In this document: piece by piece, positions 14,301-46,864 of the stretch
Layout: every line of letters starts with the position of its first letter
Position numbering within the stretch: the stretch's first letter is position 1
Source of the DNA: Chrysomallon squamiferum
Lineage: Eukaryota > Animalia > Mollusca
Direction: 5' to 3'
Length of the DNA stretch: 64,000 bases
Assembly (NCBI GenBank): GCA_012295275.1
Contig: CM022672.1
Coordinates: forward strand, 11,656,001 to 11,720,000
Translations under genes and position numbers: made by a program
The notes under the pieces: model-generated
Database searches by the model: none
What the model saw: only the letters and a program-made list of their open reading frames with translations
What the model was told of the DNA's origin: nothing

Positions 14301-14957
14301 AAAAATATTTTAGCTTCAAATGTCTATTAGAAAATGCTTCAGAGAATTCCAAGATTCAGAATTCCGTTGTGCGGATGTTCATTATCCTAATGTCATAAGC
14401 TTCATTTCAGTATCACTCCCATTTGTACAATTACAAAGATGTACCTTAGCTGAAGATCAGTTATAAAGAACAATTTAGAGCAAATTTGATTAACCTGTTC
14501 ATTTAGAAATTTTAATAATTCCTTCAAAAGAATCTTTAGTATTATAAATTCTTTATCTCTTACATAGGCTATTGAAAAGATTTGACTTTGAAAAAAAACA
14601 TTTATAGATTTAAGTTGATACTGTGACTTAATCCCCAGTTTGATTTGCATGAAAATAATACAAAATAAAAATGGAGGTGTTTTTAATTAACAGTGTTGTT
14701 TTTCAGGTAAAAACTTTACAAACTGTGTTCAGTCTTGGACAGAACAGAGACAGTTTCTTGATCTTGCACTACAAGGTCTGGGAACTCACCCAGTGGCACA
14801 AGAGATTGAGCGAAATTACAAGCATCTGACACCAAGAGAGCCCAGTCTTACAGGTTTTATTCTTTATAACGCTGTTAAAATATTAGATAATTTAGTGAAG
14901 ACATCATAATGGTAAACTTTATTATATGTGCATGTTTTGTGTGCATTTATGCATGTA

Positions 14958-15023
<66 letters not shown>

Positions 15024-18000
15024 GTGTGTACTCATATACAAAGTTTGCTATGAATTTCTTTTCTTTCTGGTTGTATCAGTGTTTTAAATATGATTTCAAA
15101 CACTGTTTAAAACTGATAATGTTTTACAGGCTATAAACAAGTCGACAATTACTCAACACCTTTTGTCTGTGATGATGGAATACGCATGCAGTTTGGATCT
15201 GATGGTTCCCTGGTCAACCTTTTTGATCCATATAATCTGGTACAATACAGGGGGTTTTTTATTTCATTTAATCCTAAACAAATTTCTTTTTCTGTATCAA
15301 TGATAGAAATTGTACACAATTAATAAATTTAGGTCATTTATAATTTATATCTGGTGTTAACATGTTTTATTTTATGTTTGAGCCAATCTGACAGTTATTG
15401 TAATACAATGAACTTACGGCTAAATTCAATAGGTCTTTTTGGAGGACATCAAATAAATATTGATAAGCAGATGTAAGATCATTCAGAAATCATATCATTT
15501 CCCCCAGCGTTGATTTCAAAATGACCATTAGCTTGCCTGAAGGGAGTCACCAAGTCTTACTTGTCTTAGCTTAGATATTACAGTTTAATAATAAAAATAC
15601 ATTAAATTATTCATTGCAGGCCAATTTCTTTGAGGTATTAATGCAAGACACTTACAACTTTTATACAGATAAATTGGGCTTCCAAAGACAACACACTTGG
15701 AAGGTTTTTGTACTCCACATACAACGAAACTGATTTTATCCACATGGGCAAAATCTACAACTACATGGGAAGTGGTGTCCTCTTTGGCTATGACAAACCC
15801 AACTCTACAGTCAATGCAGCACCAAAATCAAAGTCATGGAACTTCATCATGGACGGACTGTATAAAAAATCTGGTTCGTTTTAATTTCTACTTTATTTTC
15901 GTTAAACTAAGACTCTGGTTTCATTCTTTCAGATAAATTGGGCTTCTGGTAGCAATAGAATGGGACAGATTCTTTATAGCACGTTCAATGAAAGTGATTT
16001 TACAAACATGGCAAAGCAGTACAACTACCTCGGTGGGGCTGGCTATGACAAACCTAACTCTACAAAAAATGCCAGTCCTCTGTCACAGAACTGGAAATTT
16101 GTGATGAGTGACTTGTACAAACGAGAAGGTATGAATTAACACAGTCAGCCTGCTGTTGATTTTGTTATCAGTATGACAAGCCTTTTCTCAGTTCTAAAAT
16201 AGAGGTGACTAATAATGAAAACTAAATTTTCCTTTCAAAAAAATAAAAAATGTAAATGAATATCTGAAACCAACATTTTATTACATATGTTGGTTTTATA
16301 TATTATATGCAATCATATTTGGTAAAATCCTATCAGTCAGTTTTAAATTACTAATGTCATCAATGACAAGTTATAATTTTCAAATTTAGTTTTCTTTGTT
16401 TGCATTGTGCAGTTAAGAATTATTGTATTTTTACCTTTTTTTCCCCCATTTTTTCAGATGCATATGATGGCTGTGATTTTTTGGTAAAGCTGGTGCCAGA
16501 AGATTCAGAAACTTACATACTGTATGGAGCTCCCAGGACAGTTTGGATCCAGTACATATCAAGATCTTTATCCACATATGGTTACCCTGGAGGTGAGGTC
16601 CTACTTTACCTTTTACATAAGACACACTATAGTTTATTAAGATATACACATTATATGTCAGCATTTTTAACAAATACCACATGATACTTAACATTTTAAA
16701 CACTTGAATTTTTACACCACATATTAGTTAGGCCTAGTTAAAAATGTCGTATCAAATTATCTGAGCTCATTTTACTGTGTTGTCACATCAACAATAGTTT
16801 GCTCCTCATCATTATTGTTGCTGCTACTAGAATTTAAGTGTAAGGTTGGGGTTTTTTTTTTACTTAAAAATATATGGGTTGTTATCTCCCTTTAGTTAAA
16901 AAGGAAATGACAAAAGAAAGTAGTTAAAATATAAAGTAACATAAAAGTTGATTTGATAAGCTACAATAAACAGTCAGTCTGATATGATCTTTTATACACA
17001 CATGCACACACACACACATATATAAACTACAGACATTCAGCAAATCATATTTATTCAAAGATACTTAATTAGATTCCTCTACAAGGGATTACATTAAATA
17101 TATAATTCGATAATTAAAAATATCCGACGGTCTCTGTTAGATAAAAAAAAGAAGTTAAATGAAGTGTATTTTGATTCTACAGGGCTTGATGTGACTGTGC
17201 AGTGGTTTGAGAAATCATCAACAAGGCTTGCAGAATCTCTGTCATTCAGTTTCAAACCAGTGTCTTTGTTATCTCATAATTGGCTCATCTCAAAAACCGG
17301 ACATCTCATTGATCCTTGTAATGTTGTGAAAAATGGAAGTCAGTATGTACATGGTAGGAAGGCAATTTTCTTTACCTTTATTATTAGTGCTAGTAGTAAT
17401 ATTATTGGTAGCAACAGCAGCACCAGTATCTGTAGAAATAGTTGTAGCAATAGTGTTTGTAGTAGAAATAATAGTATTAGCAGTGGCTGTAATAATAGTG
17501 ATTATGGCAGAATTATTTTCTAGTAGTAGTAGTAGTGGCTGTCACAGTAAAAGTGATGATGATGATTTGCCTAAAGTAGTAGTAGTAGTAGTAGTAGTAA
17601 AGGTATCAGTAGTACTGGTAGCAGCAGTGGCAGCAGTGACAGAAGTAGTAATACTAGTATAAATGACAGTGAGTTGCCTAAATACTGGTGGTTATGGTAA
17701 TGGTATTTTAAAATTCTTTTCATTTAAAATAATTATGTTTTTAAGATTAATTAAAGTCTGTTTGGATTAATGTGCATTTAATATTTTTTCAGAGGTTTCG
17801 GTTTAAACAGAATTTTCAAAATACTGAATTCTAATTTCCTTAGTTAAAATTTCCAGTTATTGCATTATCAATATTAATAATATTATTTAGAGATATAGTT
17901 GATGCTTATATGCTAACCCTTAAGAATTCAATTAAATTTCTCGATACTAAATGAATTTTTTATTATTACTTCTGTCTTTTTTTAAATTAATTTTTTCAGG

Positions 18001-18583
18001 TTAAATATTAGCCATTTTTTTTTTTTTAAATCTACTTAAAACCACCACTCAAAATATTAGATTTAGAAATTATTCAGTTATTTTTTCTATTTTTATTTTT
18101 GTTGTTTTGAAAAATAGGAATGTTCGGATTTTACAACAAAAACTAGTTATTATTACTATTATTATTAAACCATATTCATATAGCACCTTTTCCATACCAA
18201 GTTCAAGAGAGCTCAAAGGGTGTCGTTCTGTTTGGTAGATCCAGGTTTTCAGAATATTTAAGTTTTCACTGAATTATTGGTAACCAGTTTTTAAATTTCT
18301 TTCAGCCACAGACAAGGGTGTATTTTATTTGGATCAGTATGGAAACGGACTTCAGCTTATAACCCAGGATGTGCCCCTAGTATATGTGGGAACTAAATAT
18401 CACCCACCATCTCCATTTCCAGTTCCTCTGAGCCCCATCAGACAGGAGGAGATAACTAGCATGGCTTTCAACTTTTATAACAATATTTGGAACACTAATT
18501 ATATTATGTGGTACCCATATCTTCCTGAGGATGACAGTTTTAAAGGACGATTTAAAATAAATTTTTACAATGTAAAAAAATAA
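8322..18583 (+). CDS. Secreted GH38-like / DUF5054-type putative glycoside hydrolase, 748 aa (exon 11a) or 745 aa (exon 11b)
   Basis: Exons 8322-8372, 9102-9180, 9881-10092, 10645-10846, 11545-11694, 12435-12577, 12906-13131, 14068-14205, 14707-14853, 15130-15239, [15669-15873 or 15933-16128], 16458-16592, 17183-17353, 18306-18583. All GT-AG, phases consistent. Signal-like N-terminus MAANKSKYSIFIICAAILAVTIS; motifs VHIIFMNHLDVGY, WHAGPMN, QRDVPGMT, DNSGPP, EVGDTWIQG, EHTWG, KSSTRLAES, FYNNIWNTNYIMWYP. Confidence 0.88.
9230..9490. repeat. AT-rich minisatellite, ~21-22-bp unit (AATGTTTATAATTTTTAAT..)
   Basis: About 12 degenerate tandem copies in intron 2. Confidence 0.8.
13370..13585 (+). mobile_element. 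Degenerate SINE-like interspersed repeat; related copies in the opposite orientation at ~11875-12075, ~19745-19860, ~27490-27790 and ~39090-39540
   Basis: Shared core TGGAATG..AATAGCTCA...GGATCCA....GAGGATTGATCC at 27695-27745, 39278-39327 and 39455-39502, and as reverse complement at 13419-13463. Confidence 0.6.
15669..15873 (+). CDS. Alternative exon 11a of the DUF5054-type gene
   Basis: tatacag|ATA AAT TGG...TCT G|gttcgt; 205 nt, phase 0 to 1; encodes INWASKDNTLGRFLYSTYNETDF...LYKKS. Confidence 0.85.
15933..16128 (+). CDS. Alternative exon 11b of the DUF5054-type gene
   Basis: ctttcag|ATA AAT TGG...GAA G|gtatga; 196 nt, phase 0 to 1; encodes INWASGSNRMGQILYSTFNESDF...LYKRE. Confidence 0.85.
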
Positions 18584-20639
18584 TGTTTAACTACATGCTG
18601 AATTTTTAAACTAAGACATATATATATTATATTACGTAGTACATATTTTATAATACTTTTAGAAATTTTTAGAAATATCACTTAACCACGATTTAATTTG
18701 TTTGAAAACAATTCTAAGAATTTTTAATACAACAATTATTATTTTCATATAATTCAGGTATTAAGTTATAATTCTGACTACAGAGCTAGCACTTAAAATA
18801 TGCAGTCGTAGTTTTTCCACTGAAATGTTGACAGGAAAAGGAAAACAAAAACAAAAAACAAAAAACTATGACTATATATCATGACTTTATAATGCTGAAG
18901 ATGTCTTTGAAGAACTTTTCTGAACCCCTCATCCAAGAACTTAATAAGGTTTGCTCCAAATTTTCTGATTACCAATGTTTATCTTAGCATATCTGTGTTA
19001 CAGCCATACAAATAATGGATAAAAAAAAAAGTGCTATAAAAATGAAGCTTATGACACAAGAAAAATGAATATTTGCACAACTCAAAATGCAAGATTTGAT
19101 GTGTAGGGTTTGTTTTAACCTTTTTAAGTCCATTTTTACAATTAACATTCTACATTACAATGAACTAATAAATTTTTTTTTAACTATTTTATTTTATTCT
19201 AAATTACCATTCCAAAACAAGCTGTGTATCTTTATTATATTTGTTATTTTTTATGGAGTAAATCAATATATATTTTATAAATACCGTTTTGATTCTTGTT
19301 ATTTGCTATTAAATCTTGTCATTCTCAAAGATGAAACACCATAAACAGTGGGAAGACATTACTAGATAAATGCCTATATTTTGATAACAACTATTTTTAC
19401 TTCAATATATTACTTGTTTCATATATATATATAGTTCAAAGTTACTTCTTTAGAGTTTGATTGGTGGTTTAAATCTTAAAAGAACATTCTGAAAACAGTT
19501 TTTGAGGGACAACAAAATCAGCTGGTCTGAATCTGCTGCTCTAGAGAACAGCATGTTGAGAAATAAAACAGTTAATTTCCTTTAATTTTTATATAATTTA
19601 AGATTGCAGGATAAGAAACATAACTGGATACTGTCTTAAGATATCAGTTTTAATCAGTTATTCCCTACATATCTCTGCATGCTTGAGTGCAGTCATTTTA
19701 AAATTAAAAATTATAATCAATCAATGAACAGTTACAAGTACAATTATTACTATCGGGGTATTGCTTAAAATGATAATGCTAGAGAGGAAACCTTCAACTG
19801 CTGTGTCATGAACTGCTTTTTTCAGTTCACAGCAATACATCTTTTAGATACTGCATTTTAAAATGGGAATTTTTCTGTGTCAGCATCTTGCATGATAAAT
19901 CCTGTGTCCTACAAAATAAGTTGATTTTAAAATCTATAACAACAATTTTAAATGATATAATAACAAGGCTTAGCATATGAGCTGACATTAACTCATGTCA
20001 TCAACAAAATAACAGTTAAGAAATATCCCACAAATTTTTATTTATGAATATCAATCTATTGGCACATCTTGTGGTCCAATCAACATATTAAAAATTTTAA
20101 TCACTTTTATTTGATAGGTTTTTTTTTTTTTTTTTTTTTTTTTTGTTTTTTTTTGTTTGTTTTTGAATAAAGCAAAATAATTCAAAATGATACCTACTTT
20201 TTACAATATTAAAAAAAAATATATATATTGTTTCAAATAAAACATCACTTTAAACATTTGTTAAGAGCCAACTCCAAAATCCCATGTAGTGTTTAAGATC
20301 ATGCTTTACTGTCTAAAATTATTATACACACTACACATGATCTTTTTTTAAAGTTTGTCTGTATTTTCATGTTATCTGGTTAAATAAATGAATAATAAAG
20401 TTCATATAGACCATTTCAAAATTAAAATAATAAATAAAGATAAAAATTTTAAAATTATAAAATAAATAAATAAGCAAATAAAATAAAATATAACTGTATT
20501 ATATCTCTTTTTTCTCTAATATTTATAACACATTTTTCAAAATTTTAACAATTTCATCTTATACTTGATGAAAAAAATAAGCGTACCGTTAAAGTCTGAA
20601 AGAATTTCTAAAACTAATGAAAATGAGACAAACAGCAAC

Positions 20640-21370
20640 TGTTCAGTTTAGATTTAATATCTCAATATCTATTCAGTTTTTATTCAATGTCCATTGCCAG
20701 TAGTATTTAGATTCAATGTAAGTACTGAATTTAGATTTAATGTCTAGTCTCATTTCAGAGTTTACATTCAGTGTCCATTCTTAGTACTGAGTTCAGATTC
20801 AATGTCCTCTGTTAATTCATTCAGTGTCCAGTGTCAGCTCAGTTTAGATTCAATGTCCATTCTCAGTTTCTCAGTATAAAGTTTAGATTCAATATCCAAT
20901 ATTAATATAAAGTTTACATTCAGTGTCCTTTGTTAGTACTGAGTTTATATTCAATGTCCATTATCAGTATAGAGTTCAGATTCAATGTCCTAGGAGAGTT
21001 CATTCAATGTCCAGTGTCGTTTCAGTTTAGATTCAGTGTCTAGTATAGACTCAATGTCCAGTATCAGTCCACACAACAGATTAAGTTATTTGGTCAAGAG
21101 TATTGCTGATTCTTTTGAGCAAACGTCAAACTACAAATCCAGATAACATCATTTTAACATGACTCTAGATAACATTTTCTACATGTGAATCTGGATAACA
21201 ACTTTACAAAATTATGAATCTGGATAACAACTTTTCAAAATAAGAAGAATCTAGATAGTATCGTTTTCAACACATGAATCTGGATAAAATTATGTTCAGC
21301 AGGAAATCGAGATAACATTATTTTCAACAGAGGAAATAAAGGTAACGTCATATTCAACACATCAATCAGA
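20640..21370. repeat. Two adjacent degenerate minisatellite arrays (AGTTTAGATTCAATGTCCA..; GAATCTGGATAACA..TTTTCAA), ~27-30-bp units
   Basis: Visible at 20640-21062 and 21132-21370, downstream of the ATP13A1 stop. Confidence 0.8.
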
Positions 21371-21566
21371 ACAACACTCAAAACTTTCACTCAGATGCTG
21401 TCTATGGCAAATTTAAAACTTGTGTATTAAACCATTTGAGAAGCATAAACAAGAAATTCTTTTTAAAAAATAAAGTAACTGGAATCTGCACAAATGTTAC
21501 AAAAATGAATGATACAGAGAGAAAATAAATACTGCTGTCATTTCACTGATTCTTCTCATTCTGTCC

Positions 21567-42125
<20,559 letters not shown>

Positions 42126-42519
42126 TTTTCTTTCGATGCACTGCCGTTTTTATTTGTTACGTTAATCGCGGTTAGTTTCAATAGTGCTAATTGGAACCCT
42201 ACACCTTTTCGTTCCAAGTAATCCATGCCCCAGTAAGTGTAAGGGTGGTATTTACGAACGGATTAAGAGTGGTTATTTTAGAAAAGCTCGTTTTTAATCG
42301 CAGTTTGTCTGGTTTATGTTCTATATTAGTTATATAAATCAGCTTTAAGTTGTTCATTTTTAATTATTAAATGAAATGGTCGACGCTTTTTTCATCGTCA
42401 AAAATGATATTTTTCTTTGTCTTATGGATATATAATTATATTTATAAATCTATATTAATCTTTAACTGACAAAGAGGGAGATATATTTTTATCTTTTAAT
42501 TTTAATATTATTATTATTA

Positions 42520-42574
<55 letters not shown>

Positions 42575-43034
42575 GTCATCATCATCATTTTACACATGAT
42601 TTGATCCTGTATTTATTTTCACTAGCAATAAATAAGTCATTTCATTATTTTTCATCTCTGAAAGTTATTTTTTTAAATAATATATTTAAAAAAAATAAGT
42701 AAACAAATAATGAATACATTTATATTTTATTAATTTAATACATAATTAACACAGACGTAGACATATTTACATACATACAAACATATATATATGTATACAC
42801 ACATACATACATATATATGCTGCATAATTTGATAATATTTCACTGTTTATACAGCATATGCTTTTGATATGATAGTGTTTTGTAAGTTGAGGATCACTGA
42901 TCTGAAATGCTTGAAATAGTATGTCTTGCGGATTAAGGAATCGTTTGGATTTTTTAATATAAAGTGGACGGCCTGAGGAAAAACAAATGTAAGTCTGAAT
43001 ACCAAATCCATTCCTAAACAACTTATACAGAGAG

Positions 43035-43299
43035 CAGTGGCGTACAGAGGTCTGATGATGCCCGGGGCTAACTCCTTGATTATATGCCCCAAAGACTCAA
43101 GTATAAGGCTTAGTACTAAGAAATATTTTGAGAAAGGAAGATATTTTGAATATGTAAATACTGATGAAACATAAAATAAACACTTTATTCGATTTAAATA
43201 TAAATTAACCAGATTTATTCAGTTCTTTTCTCTGATTGGATGCCCCCCCATCTGGATATCCGGTGCCACCACACTTCGCCCCCCCTCTACACGCCAGTG
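43035..43299. mobile_element. hAT-type MITE
   Basis: TIRs CAGTGGCGTACAGAGG / CCTCTACACGCCAGTG (13/16 match); 8-bp flanks ACAGAGAG and ACAGAGTC fit a decayed 8-bp TSD. Confidence 0.78.
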
Positions 43300-43459
43300 A
43301 CAGAGTCGATACTTTTTTTCAAAATTATTCTTAAATTATTATTTTTTTATTATTATTAATTTTTATTTTTATTATTATTTAAAAATAATTTTAGTTATTT
43401 TCTATATGATATAAAGTTTAGTTACGTTAAAAATGAGAGAACTATAAGATATCACTATT

Positions 43460-45140
43460 TCGGCTGCTCGACTGCGTGTGCAGTAACCTCACCGTGGTGC
43501 GGGAGTGAAGATTCTTAGAATGGCTAATAATTGCACAGCTCCTCATTTGAGGCGCTTTGTTTACCATGAGGTGCGACCCGTGAAGTGGACGATGGGATCC
43601 TGGTGGTTGAGCATGGTTAATGTCTACAACCGAGCCCACTGCCATTGACAACACTCCACACTGGCCCCGAGTTTACGTATACGGGAAGTCAAGATCGAGC
43701 CGATCTGATCAATAGGCTGATCACGCCAAGATCAAGAGCTAACAACCATCATTTTGTTAAATTTTGTCGGAGCAAAGATGGTAACCACTAGTCTGTATCG
43801 GTTGCTCTTGGGGCGGTGGCTGGGTCAGTCAAGTGGCTTATATTTTGATTGCCTGAGTATATCAACCATGTATCCCTGGTGGTTATCCACAGCAACATCT
43901 CCTTTTTGTTGGATTCGGTGGCGGGTGAAATTATGATTGATGAACTTCAGTTACTCTGTTATGAGAGAACTTAAAAATAAATTGAATGCAACTTCCTGGG
44001 GCTCTGAATAGGGTTCATGCTGAGATTATTGGATCATCATCTTCGGATGAAAAGGCGACAAAATTTATTTCTTCTAAAACCTGGCCGAGGTTTCTCGTTA
44101 TTGAGTCTGTTGAAGACTAAGCCTTGAAAAAAATAAATAAATAAAATAAAAATAAAATGTCGTCGTTTGCGACACAGAAGAGACTCCAAGGCTTGGAGTG
44201 TGAGCTTAAAAATGTTAAGAAATTGAGGCATCGTTCATTGTTAGTAGAATGCTCAACAGAGATTTACATCAAGAATTTTATGTGGAATACCTATTAGAGT
44301 CAGTCCGCACACAACACTGAATACATCGAAAGGAGTGATACATGTGGAAGATATTTGCGAACGTCTCTATTCAGATAAAGGTACATCGTAACAACGAAAT
44401 TTTTCTAACAAGTACCTTTATTCTAACATTTAATGTGCCATTCTTCTCTTCTGTGAAAGCAGGATATTTACTTATTTCTCCTGTACCATATATTCCAAAT
44501 CATCTACGATGTATAAAATGTCAAATGTTGGCATCAGGGGCAATGACAAGACAGATTCTGCTTCAAATCTACTTTAGTGTTTGCCTCAAGTCGAGGTTGG
44601 TGTGCCTTTCAATGATTTTAAACATCAAATTCACCAATATAGTTTTTCGATTTGGTGCGATCACGAACAAACTTCATTCTGTGAAGCCAGTCCTAGGAGA
44701 CTGGCAGTCATCCAACAGTTAGTGTAGGAAGAATGAGATAGTTTTGTGTCGTGCTCGCATGTCATACTTGTTTGGCCCATTCATTTATCCTGAGAAAGGA
44801 TCGTCCACCTCACGGTGAACACTGTCAGTGTTCAGTGCGGCCATCTTAGGCAGATATGGAAGGATAAATCAAATAAATATGATGGAATCATTTCTTTCCA
44901 TCCTGAACTTGTTTTAAAATTTCTGAGAGTTACGGAATTTGCCCATAAATTATAATTTAAATAAACTGTGATATTTTTGCACAGCTCTTTACACTGTGTT
45001 TTGACTAATTTTAATTTTGAATTTTTATATAGAAAATATTCACCAATTTGTTATATTTAACTTTGTTTCACACACCATAGTCGATATATTTTTCGTGCTG
45101 GGTTGTCGTTAAACATTCATTCATTTATTCATTCATTTAT
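43460..45140 (+). mobile_element. Internally deleted, degenerate I-group (RNase H-bearing) LINE
   Basis: GC-richer 5' region. ORF1 remnants ELKNVKKLRHRSLLVECS, GIPIRVSPHTTLNTSKGVI, FILTFN...KAGYL...YIPNHLRCIKCQ are joined to ORF2 C-terminal remnants NKLHSVKPVLGDWQSS..RKNEIVLCRAR..HT..HSFILRKDRPP..EHCQC. (ATTC)n tail at ~45113-45140. Confidence 0.8.
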
Positions 45141-45563
45141 TTCGGCTGTTAGAAAAACGTTTCCGATTTCTGAGCTTTTTGGATTTGGGAATTTCGGATA
45201 AAGAATCTTCAACTTGTATCTGCTATCTGCTATGTACTAAATATTTACATATGTATTTATTAGATAATAGTCTACAGCTTTACTGCATGCAAGTGACACA
45301 TTTAACTTCTGGTAGTATGTCTGGCGACGTCTTTCAGACGTCATTAATTCACGTGAAAGACAACGAAAAGCCAATAATGCGTATGCCCATCTTTATTAAT
45401 ATTATTATCATTTAAACCAACTGACCGTTGGTCGCTAACAAATCTAAAATAGAATACAAAAATAGAACACAAAAATAGAACAAATGTTTCAGTTTCCATG
45501 GAAATATAATAATTTTTAATTTGAATATTCCACACAATATTAGAGTATTTTGAGCATACAGCA

Positions 45564-46785
45564 GGGTAAGGTGGGGCTAATTCTGGCCCTCTTTTCCACT
45601 CAACCATACCTACAGTTTCTCAGACCAAAGGAAACAACATAATGGAGTGAATAATTAGTAGTATATCTATTTCTCCTTCAAAATACACAAACATTATATG
45701 CATAGTGCTTATACTTTTGAAATGGGAACCAGGTTAAAAATTGTAGTCAGGGGCCAGATTTGCCCCGATGATTTGTTGTACTGATTACTGCTATGTAATC
45801 ATTGTTTACTACTAATAATAATTAGTCCTAATCATAATACAAGTCAGATTCAGAACTTCAATAAACTAAACTTCTTGACAAATATGACACAAAAATAAAA
45901 TATCTTTCAAGTCTGCACCAGCTGGGATTTCGAAGTTTGCGCAAGAATCAAGACAATACCAATTTGGGCACCCGTCACATCCTATGAACTCGTCAGAATT
46001 CATTCCATCATCAACTCTGCCACAGAATTCACATTTTTTTTTGTATATCGACTACATCTGTATCTTGTAGTTCAGGCTTGTCACCGTCAACGTTTTCTTT
46101 GTTATTTTTGTTGTTGTTTTTTGTTGTAGTTTTGCCTCTCTCACCTTTGTTTTCTTTGCCTTATCTTTCTCCTTCTTCTTCTCTGCCAACTTTTCTTCAT
46201 ACCGCTTGATACTTTCTTCTTCTGTCAATGCCTCAGCATACCTTATCCTCTTGATTCTATTTGAAGTTTGAAAACATGCCCCACCAGATGGACTGTGGAC
46301 TTTCAATTGTTTCAAAAAAAACTTAAATAAATCAATGCCAAAACTATTGATTTCACCACCAAATATGGGAGCCAGATTTACCCCATCCATGGGGGCCAGA
46401 ATTGCCCCAAGTGGTGGAGTAAAATAAAGCACATATTTCTTGTGTAATTACCACATATTAATCAAGTTTCTTCTACTGAACTTAATAATTGATTATATGT
46501 TTACCTGTTATAACTTATCACTAACCTTATGTCCATAGAACTAAAACAATAATAACACTCACTTTTGAAACCTCAAAATGCACTTTTTTTACAACCTTGT
46601 TGTTTTCATTACTTTCATGGCCACGATACTTCACATGTAAATGGATGATTACCTACATTCTTTGTTCTAATGAGAGATAGGAAGGTTCTATTTATATCAA
46701 CAAAGTTCCAGAAATCCAGACAGAGCAGTATAGCGGCTGCAAGTCATAATACACCTCGGGGGCCAGAATTACCTCCACATTACCT
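45564..46785 (-). mobile_element. Deleted pogo-like DNA transposon retaining a coiled-coil and PHD-finger remnant
   Basis: TIRs GGTAAGGTGGGGCTAATTCTGGCC (45565-45588) and GGCCAGAATTACCTCCACATTACC (46761-46784), 21/24 match. Internal GGGGCCAGA(T/A)TT(G/A)CCCC repeats at ~45750, ~46368, ~46391. Minus-strand K/E-rich helix, one TAG, then CEFC...GCDGCPNWYCLDSC...FLCHIC. Confidence 0.78.
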
Positions 46786-46864
46786 TATAATGTTATGGTA
46801 ATTGTTAACAACATAATTATTTTTTTTAGTAACAAATTTGTCTCACTATTTATCACAATCGTGT

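Noticed and set aside
17333-17662. 109-aa hydrophobic ORF resembling a membrane protein
   Set aside because: Degenerate (AGT/AGC)n low-complexity intron sequence overlapping exon 13 in another frame.
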